DNA of 64,000 bases from a virus, in the IMG/VR virus record IMGVR_UViG_3300013132_005788, positions 5,329 through 69,328 of that record; one strand, written 5' to 3'. This document shows, piece after piece, positions 10,424 through 21,101 of this stretch; the first letter of the stretch is position 1, and each line of letters begins with the position of its first letter. The position numbers were made by a program, and so were the translations under genes. The notes beneath the pieces are model-generated. The model searched no databases, was not told the origin of the DNA, and saw only the letters and a program-made list of their open reading frames with translations.

Positions 10424-13400
10424 ATGCCACAAATCAATATTTTAAATCTATTAGAAGGTGATAACCAGTCTAATTTAGTTGACAAGATTAATTATAATTT
10501 TGATCAGATTTTATCTGCAGGTGGAGGACCACAAGGAGCAGTTGGACCCGCTGGACCAACTGGACCTATCGGACCTCAGGGACCTCAAGGACCCCAGGGG
10601 GTTCAGGGATTACAGGGATCAAAATGGTTTGTTCAGGATGGACCATCCGGACCATCAGGATCTTCTGGACCTTTAGGCCCAACATCCATAACGGGGGGAA
10701 ACCCGGCTTCTTTTCCTAATGTTGGAGATTACTGGTTGGATATTAACTCATCAAATCAGGACGTATACATTTATCTTGGCGCAACTGCAGGATGGACTTT
10801 TACTGGATATGGATTAGCGCAGGGAGATGTTTTTCAGAGAATTAGTCCCGTTCAATTCCAAGGGGGTGGTGTTGGAACTGCTATTATGATTGCGGGAACT
10901 GGAGCTTCTAACGACACCGTTATTCTTTCTGATCATAATATAGTTGACTATGCAACTCCTTCAGTAACAGGGCTTAATTATGAAAACTCGAAATTTAAAA
11001 TCACAACAGATAGCAGGGATAAACTTATTTCTTTTGGAAAAAGTCAATTTGAATCATCTGGAGGCGGATCAGGTGGAGCCCAATCCCTTTTTAATCCTTA
11101 CATTGGATGGGATTCTATCTCTTCCTCCTATAATCTATTAATAGACAATCCAACCGGTTCCGTTAGAATATCTTCAAGCTCCTCTGCTACAGGCGGGCAA
11201 GGAGTTAATATCATTGCAATTGGTCCTACCGGAGAAGTAAGCTTAACATCTACCCAATCTTATATTATAGCTTCCCCCGCCGGAGGACATGGGGTTTATG
11301 CCGATGTGGGATCTGCAGGAACTGGATGGCTAGAAGTTTCTAATCAGCCATCAGGAACCCCTTCTCCTCAATCGGGAGCTTATCTATATGTGGATTCGAG
11401 TGGTGCTGGAATTGGTTTCGGGAGAACCAATTTAACCACAAATAGGAGAAAGCTATCAGTTAATGGAAATCTTGCTGTTGGAGGTGATTTATCATGGCAT
11501 AACACTGCAACATCCGGATCGTCCAATTCGGGATTAATATTTTCAGCAACATCCAATAGTGGCGTTGGTGGATCCGTTGGTTCATATTCAATACTTTCAC
11601 AGGGATATTTGGGAGTTGGATCCTTGGGTCCCGGAGCAAGAAACGGGGTTACCCCTTCTGTTTCCTCTAATCCATATAACTACGCCAATCCTAGGATGTG
11701 GGTAGTTACACAATCTAACTCCGCATCGAATCCACAAGCTGCTGCAGATTTCAGATCTGAGGATTCGTGGACTACTAATTACCCTGGAAGGGTTCAGATA
11801 GGAATAGGAAGTCCAATTTTTAATGATGATAAGGGATTATCATCTAGAATAGCGCAGGATATCTTTTTCGGAACAACCGGGATCTCTCCAGTAGAGCTGG
11901 GAATGCTTTCATCTGATCATAGAATTTCTAATTCTGGTTCACAGCTTTCTCGAGTTTTTTCATCAACCACCTACTTTCAGGGAACTGGACCATCAAGATC
12001 GGTCATAAATACCACAGGAGCTAATAAATTCTTGGATATAAGGGCAACCCCATCCTCCACCGGTGGACAGGTTAGGATAGGGGTCAACGGAGGAACATCA
12101 TCCGAAGGACCTATTATTTTAGCTGCTGGTGGATCAGGAGCGGGAGTAAGCGGTCCTAATTCTGTGGCTATAGGGGAAAATGCACAGAACTTCTTTTCCC
12201 CGAACACCACAGCTCTTGGATATAGAGGTGGTGCACAACCTAATCAGAAATATCACAGACTTTCCGTTCAGGGTGGGGTCTCAATAGGAGAGAAAGACAC
12301 ATTGACGTCGCCAGAAACCCTCATTCCGAACATACTTCCTCATGATAACTCATCGTCAGTTGGAAGATTTTCAATGCTGAAGGTCCACCGTGATCGTGAT
12401 ACTACCACCAGCAGGGCAAATAATTATCCGAATGGTATAGAAATAAGCATAGGAGGAAATTCTAACACCGGTGCGGCAACGGGAGCTAAAAACAACAGCT
12501 TAGCTCTTTGTGTTTGGGATACGGACCTTAATAGCAGGGGATTTTTTGCGCTTTCCCCCGGATTTAGTGTTTCAGATAGCGGAGAAAACGTCAATATAGG
12601 GCCCGGCTTTCCAACGAGAAATAATCTTTCTGTTGTAGGTAATGCCTGCTTTGGAGATTATTCCTTTGTACAAACTAATGGATTTACTGGACCAACCAAT
12701 GGTATTAGGGTGCAGGGAAATTCCGTCATGGGAAGTACAGGACTCGGTGGAACAGCAGGATGTCCAAAATTGACTATATTTGATGATGCACAATCCAGCG
12801 GAGGATTATTAATTAGTACGGGAGTAAATCTCAATATAACTAACAACGCAACTCCTAAAGGATCTTTGGGCGTGGAGGGACAAGCTTGGATAGGAGGACC
12901 ACTTGCCTATATCATTGGAGGGTTTGGAGCCGGAGCCAGGGTCGTAATAGCCGGAGGAACTGGAGGTAATGGGCCCTCTGTAGGAGCAACAGCTTTATAT
13001 ACTGCAACATCAATGAACGGTCTTCCTGCTGGCTCGGTGGCAGCTAATTCAACATTTGTTTCCACAGATACTAACATAAGCTACCAAACAGCAATAAATA
13101 AAAGGACCGGCTCTGGAAATAAACATGAATGGAGAGCAATACAGGTTAACGATGATGCTGGATATACTTCTGGAACATTAGCTCCTATTCCCTCAGGTAA
13201 TACGATATTTCAAGTGGATGGGGTTGGAAACACATTTTCTGAGAGATCTGTAAGAACCAGAGAATATCACAAGAAAAATGATGCGGATCAATATGTCAGC
13301 TATCAAAACACGGGAACCTCTACTGGAGGATTAGTTAATGGTAAGGTACAATTAGGTGAAAATGAAATATATGGAGTAAAAAAGAATGAAGAACTAATCT

Positions 13401-13993
13401 GTTCTGGCGTTGTATATCTAAAGGCTGGGTGGGGAGAGCCACCATACGCTGGACAATACATGACATTTCTGTCGGGACAATCTCAAATGAGAGTAAAAGT
13501 AAAAAATGCTCTAGGCCAATATACTACCAGAGTTAATGGTGTATTTAATAGTTTTGGCGGATCAGGAATATCTGGACCCGTAGGTCCTGGCTCGAAATTT
13601 GATTACTTAGAGGCATTTATTATGTGGAGTAGGGTTGGAGCTATGGTCAATTGCTCATTGATTCTTAATCGGTTTTATGGAAGGTTTAATGGAGGAATAG
13701 GAAAAGAGGCTTTGATATTTTTCCCCGTCGTTCTTGTTCAAGATTTTGGATCGACCGAAGCCACTAATATAATATATCCAGGCAGACCCTCAGATGCCTT
13801 TAGTGGTATAGCTGGAATTGGAGGTGGAAACGGATACTATTGTATTGGATCCGGAACTTCATTTAGAGATGGGCCTCATTTTGTAGAAATAAAATCAGCC
13901 CCTGATAGCTTCCCGTATTTTTCTTTATCCGATTCTGGTCCTAATGGCACGGACGGAGCAGTTAGAGCAACATTTCAATATCTATTATACTAA
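10424..13993 (+). CDS. Putative tail fibre protein with collagen-like segment (1189 aa)
   Basis: N-terminal KINYNFDQI anchor-like segment, G-X-Y repeat, G/S/T-rich beta repeats. Confidence 0.65.
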   Translation: MPQINILNLLEGDNQSNLVDKINYNFDQILSAGGGPQGAVGPAGPTGPIGPQGPQGPQGVQGLQGSKWFVQDGPSGPSGSSGPLGPTSITGGNPASFPNVGDYWLDINSSNQDVYIYLGATAGWTFTGYGLAQGDVFQRISPVQFQGGGVGTAIMIAGTGASNDTVILSDHNIVDYATPSVTGLNYENSKFKITTDSRDKLISFGKSQFESSGGGSGGAQSLFNPYIGWDSISSSYNLLIDNPTGSVRISSSSSATGGQGVNIIAIGPTGEVSLTSTQSYIIASPAGGHGVYADVGSAGTGWLEVSNQPSGTPSPQSGAYLYVDSSGAGIGFGRTNLTTNRRKLSVNGNLAVGGDLSWHNTATSGSSNSGLIFSATSNSGVGGSVGSYSILSQGYLGVGSLGPGARNGVTPSVSSNPYNYANPRMWVVTQSNSASNPQAAADFRSEDSWTTNYPGRVQIGIGSPIFNDDKGLSSRIAQDIFFGTTGISPVELGMLSSDHRISNSGSQLSRVFSSTTYFQGTGPSRSVINTTGANKFLDIRATPSSTGGQVRIGVNGGTSSEGPIILAAGGSGAGVSGPNSVAIGENAQNFFSPNTTALGYRGGAQPNQKYHRLSVQGGVSIGEKDTLTSPETLIPNILPHDNSSSVGRFSMLKVHRDRDTTTSRANNYPNGIEISIGGNSNTGAATGAKNNSLALCVWDTDLNSRGFFALSPGFSVSDSGENVNIGPGFPTRNNLSVVGNACFGDYSFVQTNGFTGPTNGIRVQGNSVMGSTGLGGTAGCPKLTIFDDAQSSGGLLISTGVNLNITNNATPKGSLGVEGQAWIGGPLAYIIGGFGAGARVVIAGGTGGNGPSVGATALYTATSMNGLPAGSVAANSTFVSTDTNISYQTAINKRTGSGNKHEWRAIQVNDDAGYTSGTLAPIPSGNTIFQVDGVGNTFSERSVRTREYHKKNDADQYVSYQNTGTSTGGLVNGKVQLGENEIYGVKKNEELICSGVVYLKAGWGEPPYAGQYMTFLSGQSQMRVKVKNALGQYTTRVNGVFNSFGGSGISGPVGPGSKFDYLEAFIMWSRVGAMVNCSLILNRFYGRFNGGIGKEALIFFPVVLVQDFGSTEATNIIYPGRPSDAFSGIAGIGGGNGYYCIGSGTSFRDGPHFVEIKSAPDSFPYFSLSDSGPNGTDGAVRATFQYLLY
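10526..10618 (+). repeat. Collagen-like G-X-Y coding repeat
   Basis: GPQGAVGPAGPTGPIGPQGPQGPQGVQGLQG. Confidence 0.85.
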
Positions 13994-13997
13994 AAAT

Positions 13998-14288
13998 ATG
14001 ACACACCCGAGAATATTTGAATTTATTGCGACCTATCAGGGAATCTGGAATTCGATCGAGTTGCTAGAAAATGAGCTTAAATCTGAAAAGTATACTCCTG
14101 GAGCTATAGATTCCTACGAGGAAGCAGATCAAAAACTCGATGAGATCCAAAGCATCTCTCAAAAAATCAAAGATAAACTAAGCGAGCTTGAAGAAACAAG
14201 AACCCAAGAAAGAATTTTTCTGAACGATCTGGTTAACCAACATGGTGAGGAGTACGTTCAAGAAATGCTTGAAGAAATAAAAATCTAA
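13998..14288 (+). CDS. Small acidic coiled-coil protein, possible fibre assembly chaperone
   Basis: ATG at 13998 after an A-rich spacer; directly follows the fibre gene. Confidence 0.4.
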   Translation: MTHPRIFEFIATYQGIWNSIELLENELKSEKYTPGAIDSYEEADQKLDEIQSISQKIKDKLSELEETRTQERIFLNDLVNQHGEEYVQEMLEEIKI

Positions 14289-14289
14289 T

Positions 14290-15087
14290 ATGGATTACAA
14301 ACAAAAATTAAAGGATTTCTCAATAAGGAAGGATCTCTGGTATATTCTTATTATTGCAATCACGATCATGCTTCTTCTGAGACAGTGTGATGCAACTAAA
14401 AAGGCGGAGATTAGAGAGAAAATGTCTAATGTTAATATCGAGGCTTTAAAAGATTCAGTTAGGACGGAAAAGAACAAAGTTGGAGACCTAATCTCTGTGA
14501 AAAAAGCTCTGCTAGCTGATAATGATAATCTTGCCATTCTTAATAAAGATTTGGATGCCGAAGTCAAGAAGTTAAAAGGTAAAATTATTACCATTCAGAA
14601 AATCGGGGGTAGCATAACAATCCCTGATCCTATTACAATAACTAATGAGGTCATCAAATATAGAGATGGTGTATATGGACTTGCGTGGAACTATGACACA
14701 GTTTATTCAGAGGGTAATTACAGAAAATTCTCTGGTGAAACATCGGTTCTGGTCGATTCCGCCAGGAATATCTCATCTAAGGGAACAACAATCAAGCAAG
14801 ATGAATTGGCTCTGACCCTCGTTACCGGACTAAGAGAAAAGAACGGAACACTTGAAATATATGTGGATCCTCAATATCCGGGTATGTCAATAACTAGGAT
14901 CGACGGGGCAATTATAGAACCACAGAAGTCGGATGTGATTAAAAAATATTTTCCACAGAAAAAATGGTCAATAGGTCCGATGTTAGGAGTTGGAATGTCA
15001 GCAGGATATGGTATCAACGGACAGCCTATCTTTGGACCCACAGTTACCTTTGGAATCGGTATAAGCTACGGACTCTTCAAATTCTAA
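14290..15087 (+). CDS. Putative spanin-like envelope protein
   Basis: N-terminal TM helix ending LLLRQC, coiled coil, C-terminal amphipathic beta-hairpin (WSIGPMLGVG...FGIGISYGLFKF). Confidence 0.5.
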   Translation: MDYKQKLKDFSIRKDLWYILIIAITIMLLLRQCDATKKAEIREKMSNVNIEALKDSVRTEKNKVGDLISVKKALLADNDNLAILNKDLDAEVKKLKGKIITIQKIGGSITIPDPITITNEVIKYRDGVYGLAWNYDTVYSEGNYRKFSGETSVLVDSARNISSKGTTIKQDELALTLVTGLREKNGTLEIYVDPQYPGMSITRIDGAIIEPQKSDVIKKYFPQKKWSIGPMLGVGMSAGYGINGQPIFGPTVTFGIGISYGLFKF

Positions 15088-15104
15088 AGGATCCTAAAAT
15101 ATCC

Positions 15105-15112
15105 GATATATA
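15105..15112 (+). promoter_or_regulatory. Putative late promoter GATATATA
   Basis: Exact octamer 4 nt before ATG 15117. Confidence 0.65.
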
Positions 15113-15116
15113 AGGC

Positions 15117-17504
15117 ATGCCATATACAACCTCACAAAGATTTGTACAGATTTCTCCATATTTGCTTGTAGAGTACCTATACGCTGCAGCACCCAACCCC
15201 GAACAATATTTTGTTAATACAGGAGTACCTAGCATTGGATTTGAAAAAATAACCAATGGGTATTTTGATGGAGCATCTCAGGTTCTTAATAGAATTCAAG
15301 ATGTAGGAACCACTGGTAACACACGAGATAGGAGTGTGGTTCAAACTGGAAGAAGTAGATTTGTTACTCTGGACATAGACAGGTTAACGCAATATCTAGA
15401 CTTTGATTCTAACCTCACCAACACCTCAAATCTTGCGGTGAATTTTCCCTATAATATTGGGGTTTATTATGATACTATTAAATATCATTTTGTCTCTGGT
15501 TATAATTTCGATGACCTTGATGGTGTTATTTTACAGGTACAGTTCACCGAAAGAAACGGAAAGAAAACCACAGTATCACAGATTCTATTTGAAAAGGGGG
15601 ATATAAGCACGCCAATTCTTAATCCCAATCCAATATATCTAAATGGAGCTATTTATGACAGATATATTGAGATTAAGATTCCTTCTTATGCAAACACAAC
15701 ATTTGAGTTCGATCTTTTAAATGGGCAGTCACTACAGTCTTCAACATTAGCGGCCAAGATATCATCCGACGGGAATGGATATGTGAGAAATGCACCGATC
15801 AACATATCTTTATATGAGATCAGAGAAACCTCTCTGGTTAATGGATATGAAAATTACATAGCAGATCTAAGAAATTCTCTTTCGCTGAGTTCTTCCGATG
15901 AATATGGGGATTTGGTTGCAGTTGTACAGGAAAACACAACATACGATTACATTGAATATTATCCAACTTGGCAGGGAAACTTCATAGAGGACTTTATATT
16001 CACAGAGAATTCCCTGGGAAATATCTATTATGTTATACATGAAATAGAAGTGAGAGAACAAGTGGGACTGGGAATTTTCACTAGTTCAAGATTTAGTACA
16101 ATACAGGAAACAGGTTTTGAATCCCCGTATCTTTTTAGGCCTATTCTTCAGAATCCACTGGTAACATCATTTACTGTTAATTATACCCTCAGGTTATTTA
16201 ATAAAACAAATTCCAATCAGACTATTAGAAGATCCTCAGTGACTTCTATGAATGTTAACAGGTACGGAAAACAAAATAATTTGATCAGCGTTTTACAGGG
16301 GGTACTTCCACAAAAAGTATACAATAAGGTAGTTGAATCACCTAGACTAACATCAAATTACTCCACATCCAGCGGACCTTCGATAATTAAGGACAGAAAG
16401 ATTCCTGTTTTCTATAAGGATATGAATATAGCCGTTTCGAAGGAGAATCTTTTTGTTGATCTCAATGGCAATCTAACATCTGAATCTGGGGTATCGCAAA
16501 CTGCAACCATTTATGGGCAGGGACTTGCCAACATCACTGTGGATCCTTTTGATAACTTCTATAAGTTCACGGTGTATGAGAAAAAAGGAAATGGAAATCC
16601 ACAGATATTAGATCTTGGGAACTCCCTATCCTACTATTTAGTTTTCCTTGATTCGGGAAATCAAAGCGTCAAGATTGAAAACCTAAAGAATAATGTTTCC
16701 ATTTCTAATCCTAATTTTGGACAGATAGCTTTCAAATGTGTGGAGCAAAATTCCAAAAAAATACTGGGATTCACCAATAGAGATTTTTATATAGTTTCTA
16801 AAACCCCAGACTCAGTTGAGACTAAATTATATCAGGGAAAATGGCAGACAGCAGCAGAGTTTTCTGCTAACGCCGATACCGGACCAGCAGGAACAACAGG
16901 AACTGGAGGATCTACGGGAACTACAGGGTCTACGGGGACAACCGGAGCAACTGGAACGACCACGGTATCTGTTGTTACTTCCCCTACACTAATAAAGGGT
17001 GACCAGGTAATTAGTTCGGTTCCTCAATCAAATGCTGAAACGATTAATTCAGATATTATACCTTTGTCAGGAAGAGATTTTTATGAATTTGGAACTGGCT
17101 CTGTTTCTGCACAGCTACCTAAAGCTGTTATTCTTGGACAAGTATTAACGACTGCATCTAATGCAACTGGAACATCCTCAACATCCGTGGCTGCATCAGG
17201 AACACAAATAAAGAAAAGCTGGACGATAACTTCATTGGCTCAGTCTATAGCAGGCAACGAAGGATTAGGAATGGTAACCGATAAAATAGTTGACTATTAT
17301 TTTAAACCTGGTAATCCGGGAAATAGTTTATTTAGTGGGGTAACATCAACAGATTTTCTAAAGGCTGCTTTGGAAATACATCCTAAGAAATCGAATGGTA
17401 AATATGATGACCAATACCTGGCTTACGCAAATTATTTGAATTTTCCTCCCTATGAGAATTCAGAATTAGAAGCGGGCAAATCGAAATTTAAAAAGAAGAA
17501 GTAA
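15117..17504 (+). CDS. Putative virion structural protein with G-X-T linker (795 aa)
   Basis: Beta-rich ORF containing GPAGTTGTGGSTGTTGSTGTTGATGTT; late-type promoter. Confidence 0.45.
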   Translation: MPYTTSQRFVQISPYLLVEYLYAAAPNPEQYFVNTGVPSIGFEKITNGYFDGASQVLNRIQDVGTTGNTRDRSVVQTGRSRFVTLDIDRLTQYLDFDSNLTNTSNLAVNFPYNIGVYYDTIKYHFVSGYNFDDLDGVILQVQFTERNGKKTTVSQILFEKGDISTPILNPNPIYLNGAIYDRYIEIKIPSYANTTFEFDLLNGQSLQSSTLAAKISSDGNGYVRNAPINISLYEIRETSLVNGYENYIADLRNSLSLSSSDEYGDLVAVVQENTTYDYIEYYPTWQGNFIEDFIFTENSLGNIYYVIHEIEVREQVGLGIFTSSRFSTIQETGFESPYLFRPILQNPLVTSFTVNYTLRLFNKTNSNQTIRRSSVTSMNVNRYGKQNNLISVLQGVLPQKVYNKVVESPRLTSNYSTSSGPSIIKDRKIPVFYKDMNIAVSKENLFVDLNGNLTSESGVSQTATIYGQGLANITVDPFDNFYKFTVYEKKGNGNPQILDLGNSLSYYLVFLDSGNQSVKIENLKNNVSISNPNFGQIAFKCVEQNSKKILGFTNRDFYIVSKTPDSVETKLYQGKWQTAAEFSANADTGPAGTTGTGGSTGTTGSTGTTGATGTTTVSVVTSPTLIKGDQVISSVPQSNAETINSDIIPLSGRDFYEFGTGSVSAQLPKAVILGQVLTTASNATGTSSTSVAASGTQIKKSWTITSLAQSIAGNEGLGMVTDKIVDYYFKPGNPGNSLFSGVTSTDFLKAALEIHPKKSNGKYDDQYLAYANYLNFPPYENSELEAGKSKFKKKK

Positions 17505-17507
17505 AGA

Positions 17508-18059
17508 ATGCTACTGAATTCCCGGCAAAACGGTTTTATATTTAACTTTCCTAAGGGGTTTTTCTATCCCGAGGTGGAAGAAAAGTATGCCCCGTACATC
17601 AAAAGAATGCCCATTCCGTATGATACTATTCTGGACTTCATGAATTCGACTATTCAATCCGTGACCTTCCCCACCCTTAGAACAGTGGATAGTGTGGAAC
17701 AGATCAGACCTGGTGGATTTAGACAATCATACAAAAGCGCAACAACCATACAAAACCTCATTCAAAGAGAATTCAACGTCACATTTAAGCTTGGAGAGGG
17801 ATTCATTAATTATTGGGTGATGTATGAGAATTTAATTAAATTTTTAGACTTTCAGAATAAGGAAGAATATTTTCCGGATCTCACTTTAAGACTTTTAGAT
17901 AACGAGGGTATTATTATGGCATCAGTTGCATTTCAACAGGTAATCGTCACAAGCTTGGGAGAGGTCCAGTTAAACTATTCGTCCACAACCCCACAGTTTG
18001 CAGCTTTCACTGTTGGGTTCAAATGTAATTATGTCAATGTCAAACTCGAAATCGGATAA
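17508..18059 (+). CDS. Tail tube / tail completion-like protein (T4 gp19/gp3/gp54-like fold)
   Basis: Pattern IQSVTFP...FNVTF...NYW...LTLRLLD...TSLGEVQLNY...FTVGF and 183 aa length. Confidence 0.55.
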   Translation: MLLNSRQNGFIFNFPKGFFYPEVEEKYAPYIKRMPIPYDTILDFMNSTIQSVTFPTLRTVDSVEQIRPGGFRQSYKSATTIQNLIQREFNVTFKLGEGFINYWVMYENLIKFLDFQNKEEYFPDLTLRLLDNEGIIMASVAFQQVIVTSLGEVQLNYSSTTPQFAAFTVGFKCNYVNVKLEIG

Positions 18060-18741
18060 TTTTAAATATATCGGGGTAGATTTCAGTTTGAATTCGCCAG
18101 CCTTCTGTGTCTTATCGAATGGTGAATCCCATATTGGTTCTCTCCATAGAACATCTGATCATCCCGATAAGGTATGGAAGAAAAAGAATTCTGCTTTTAA
18201 AGAGCTGGAATCGATCGGTGCTGCTATCGAGGTTTACCAAAAAGACAATATAGATGGTGAGTATCACGTCAAGGAGGCAATGAAAATGCGGGCATTCATT
18301 CATTTGACCGACGAATTTTTTTCACTGATAGAACCCCACATAGATGATAACACAATCATAGGAATGGAAGGGCTTTCTTTTGGATCTAGCGGGAATTCTC
18401 TGATTGATATCTCAATGGCAACTTCTCTTTTGAGACTTAAAATTCTTGGAAAGATCCCGGATAATCGATTCTTTGTTTTCTCCCCATCAACCATCAAAAA
18501 ATTTGCAGTCAAGGGAAACGCCAAGAAAGATGAATTGTATAGAGCTTTAATAGAAATAACTAAAAAAGAAGGTAGGGAGGACCTTAAAAAATTTACGGAA
18601 ACACTTGAAACAAATCAGGACCTTTGGATTAAAAAATCGAAGACAGTGGAGACTCCTTGTTCGGATATGATAGACGCAACTTGGATATCTTTGTTTTTAG
18701 AGAGAAATTCAGAGAAACTTTTAAACCAACCAATGGTATAA
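18031..18741 (+). CDS. RuvC-like Holliday junction resolvase
   Basis: IGVDFSLNSPA, IGMEGLSFGS, PSTIKKFA.KGNAKK, DMIDA motifs; start adjusted to ATG 18031. Confidence 0.8.
   Translation: MSMSNSKSDNFKYIGVDFSLNSPAFCVLSNGESHIGSLHRTSDHPDKVWKKKNSAFKELESIGAAIEVYQKDNIDGEYHVKEAMKMRAFIHLTDEFFSLIEPHIDDNTIIGMEGLSFGSSGNSLIDISMATSLLRLKILGKIPDNRFFVFSPSTIKKFAVKGNAKKDELYRALIEITKKEGREDLKKFTETLETNQDLWIKKSKTVETPCSDMIDATWISLFLERNSEKLLNQPMV
18715..18741 (+). promoter_or_regulatory. Putative middle promoter AAAC-N18-TATAA
   Basis: Same bipartite motif precedes several replication genes. Confidence 0.5.
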
Positions 18742-18782
18742 ATTGGGAACATTTTAAAAACAAATTAAAAAAATTAGAAAAA

Positions 18783-19769
18783 ATGGAAGAAAATTTTGAC
18801 ATCTTTAACTTGGACAATGAGGCATTTGTAAAGAAAGAAGCTAAGAGGGACGAGGATGAAAACATCTACAAGCCCTACCCAGAATTGGGAAAAGACGGGG
18901 TTTATAAATCCCTAATCAGATTTCTGCCTAACTTGGCAAATCCAAAGAAATCTAAAATCCATCAGTACTATGTGTGGTTGAAAGACCCAGTCGATGGTTC
19001 CAACTTTAAGGCTCTTTGCCCTTCGACAGTTGGAAAGAAATCAATCCTTAAGGATTTATTCTGGAAGCTAAAGAATTCCAACTCTGCAAAGGATCAGGAG
19101 TTATCTAAGAATTTCTCCAGAAAAGAGGATTTCTATTCTCTCGTTCAGATTGTGAAAGATCCCAACAGACCAGATCTTGAAGGTAAAATTATGGTTTTGA
19201 AATTCGGAAGAAAAGTTAATGATCTTATCGAACAACAAATTAAACCGGAGTTTGGATCTCCTTCTAATCCATACGACCTTTTCGAAGGAAGAGCATTTGG
19301 CCTTCATGTTAGAAAAGTTGGAGAATGGAACAACTACGATCTTTGTCAGTTCGTCGGAGAAAAATCAGCTCTTCTGATTAGCGGAGTATCTGTTGAAAAA
19401 GACGAGGAATCAAGAGGAAGAATCGTAAACTATCTTAAAACTGGTCCACAGGATCTTGAAAAATATGATTTTAAAGATTGGACTGAAGATGAGCATGAGA
19501 AAATCATGAAGATAGTGAGAAACACTATTCCTGATGGAAGAATGGTTGCAGAGATCATGTCAGGAAGTTCTTCTGGATCCTCCAGTAAGGCCTCTACGTC
19601 TGCCGATGATTTCTTAGGAACCCCGAGCAGCTCAGTTACTTCAGCCAAAAAATCAACTCCTCCTAGCGAAGAGTTCTTTGGATCTGAAGAAGCACCTGCT
19701 ACATCTCAGAATAAATCTGGTTCTAAAAAATCATCTCCTTCATTGGACGATTTATACCAGGATCTTTAA
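18783..19769 (+). CDS. Single-stranded DNA-binding protein (T4 gp32-like)
   Basis: LIRFLP, CPSTVG, EGKIMVLKFGRKV, PYDLFEG, NYD motifs, acidic tail SLDDLYQDL; start at ATG 18783. Confidence 0.85.
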   Translation: MEENFDIFNLDNEAFVKKEAKRDEDENIYKPYPELGKDGVYKSLIRFLPNLANPKKSKIHQYYVWLKDPVDGSNFKALCPSTVGKKSILKDLFWKLKNSNSAKDQELSKNFSRKEDFYSLVQIVKDPNRPDLEGKIMVLKFGRKVNDLIEQQIKPEFGSPSNPYDLFEGRAFGLHVRKVGEWNNYDLCQFVGEKSALLISGVSVEKDEESRGRIVNYLKTGPQDLEKYDFKDWTEDEHEKIMKIVRNTIPDGRMVAEIMSGSSSGSSSKASTSADDFLGTPSSSVTSAKKSTPPSEEFFGSEEAPATSQNKSGSKKSSPSLDDLYQDL

Positions 19770-19794
19770 TAATCACATAAAATGATAAAGATCT

Positions 19795-20868
19795 ATGGCC
19801 ACCCTAGAGAAGCCGGTGTCTATTGATCCGGCAAGAGTTAAAAACCTCGTAAAAGCGGTACTGGACTCAAGTTTTAAAAACGAACCTCTTAGAGCTGTAA
19901 TCTACCAAGCGGGCAACAGATTAAATTTTTGTTGCCCGTACTGTGGAGACGGAAGGGATTATAAAAAGAAAAGAGGAAATCTTTATATTGATACCCTTTC
20001 TTTTAAGTGCTATAATGGAGGATGCGGCGTTTTTAAATCTCTGACCTATTTTCTGGACGATTTTGGATTTTCCGATCTTCTCTCATCTGACGAGAGATCT
20101 GAGTTAATTTCCCTATCCAGAGAATCCGCGGCAAAAAGAAAAGTCAGAAGCACAGTAGACCACTTTATTTCTGAAAATTATAGGGACATAATAATCGGAA
20201 GAGAGCACCTCAAGGAAAAATTGGGACTCACGGAGTGCTCTGGATTGATTAAAAAATATCTCGAAGATAGAAATCAGAAGGTTGATTCAAAATTTCTTTG
20301 GGATCAAAGCAGGAGGAATCTCTATATACTGAATCTCACCGCAGATGAAAATAATGTGATTGGATTACAAATCCGAAACATGTCTAAAAAAACGGGATCT
20401 AGTAAATATTATACCTATAAACTTTCTGGGATATACAAGAAGCTTCTGAAAATAGAGGATTCCGCCATTATTCTTAAGGCAGAAGAGGTTGACCCCGTTT
20501 CAACCGTTTTTGGATTCTCAAATGTGGACCTGAATTCTAATATCACGGTATTTGAAGGTCCTATGGATTCATTTCTTTGTCCCAATTCCATAGCGCTCTG
20601 TTCAATTAATAATCCATTTCCATTTGAGGTTGATAACAAAAGGTGGCTTTTAGACGGAGACCAAGTTGGTAGAGACAAGATGAGAGATCTTATTACCAAC
20701 GGGGATACTGTTTTTCTCTGGGAGAAATTTATCAGAGAAAATAATCTTCCGCTAAGGGATAAATGGGATTTAAACGACATCGTAAATTATGTTAGATCCG
20801 AGGGAATTAAGATAAAAAAATTAGATAACTATTTTTCGAATAATAAATGGGATCTTTTGGAAATATAG
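19795..20868 (+). CDS. DNA primase (T4 gp61-like)
   Basis: CPYCGD...KRG...FKCYNGGCG zinc domain; TVFEGPMDS, DGD and DLND TOPRIM motifs. Confidence 0.85.
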   Translation: MATLEKPVSIDPARVKNLVKAVLDSSFKNEPLRAVIYQAGNRLNFCCPYCGDGRDYKKKRGNLYIDTLSFKCYNGGCGVFKSLTYFLDDFGFSDLLSSDERSELISLSRESAAKRKVRSTVDHFISENYRDIIIGREHLKEKLGLTECSGLIKKYLEDRNQKVDSKFLWDQSRRNLYILNLTADENNVIGLQIRNMSKKTGSSKYYTYKLSGIYKKLLKIEDSAIILKAEEVDPVSTVFGFSNVDLNSNITVFEGPMDSFLCPNSIALCSINNPFPFEVDNKRWLLDGDQVGRDKMRDLITNGDTVFLWEKFIRENNLPLRDKWDLNDIVNYVRSEGIKIKKLDNYFSNNKWDLLEI

Positions 20869-20879
20869 ATATATTGTAC

Positions 20880-21101
20880 ATGGAAAATCTACAGAAAGAC
20901 TGGGATAAAATCGTAGAAAGGGAAGGAGGTAAACAACCGATAAAATTTCCTATTCTAATGGACAAACCAGATCTTTCTGGGATTGATTTAAAATTTGAAA
21001 ATTTTAGTTCTTCCCCATCTATAAATAATACACCTAAGGTTGTTAGAACTGAAGAGGTGATTTTAAAAAAGAATAAAAGGAAATGCAGCAGCCTAATGTA
21101 G
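20880..21101 (+). CDS. Small hypothetical protein
   Basis: ATG at 20880 fills the gap between primase and the next gene. Confidence 0.45.
   Translation: MENLQKDWDKIVEREGGKQPIKFPILMDKPDLSGIDLKFENFSSSPSINNTPKVVRTEEVILKKNKRKCSSLM

Noticed and set aside
18031-18741. RuvC domain as a TnpB/Cas12-like effector
   Set aside because: Short stand-alone resolvase-type protein beside SSB and primase, with no zinc ribbon, guide region or array
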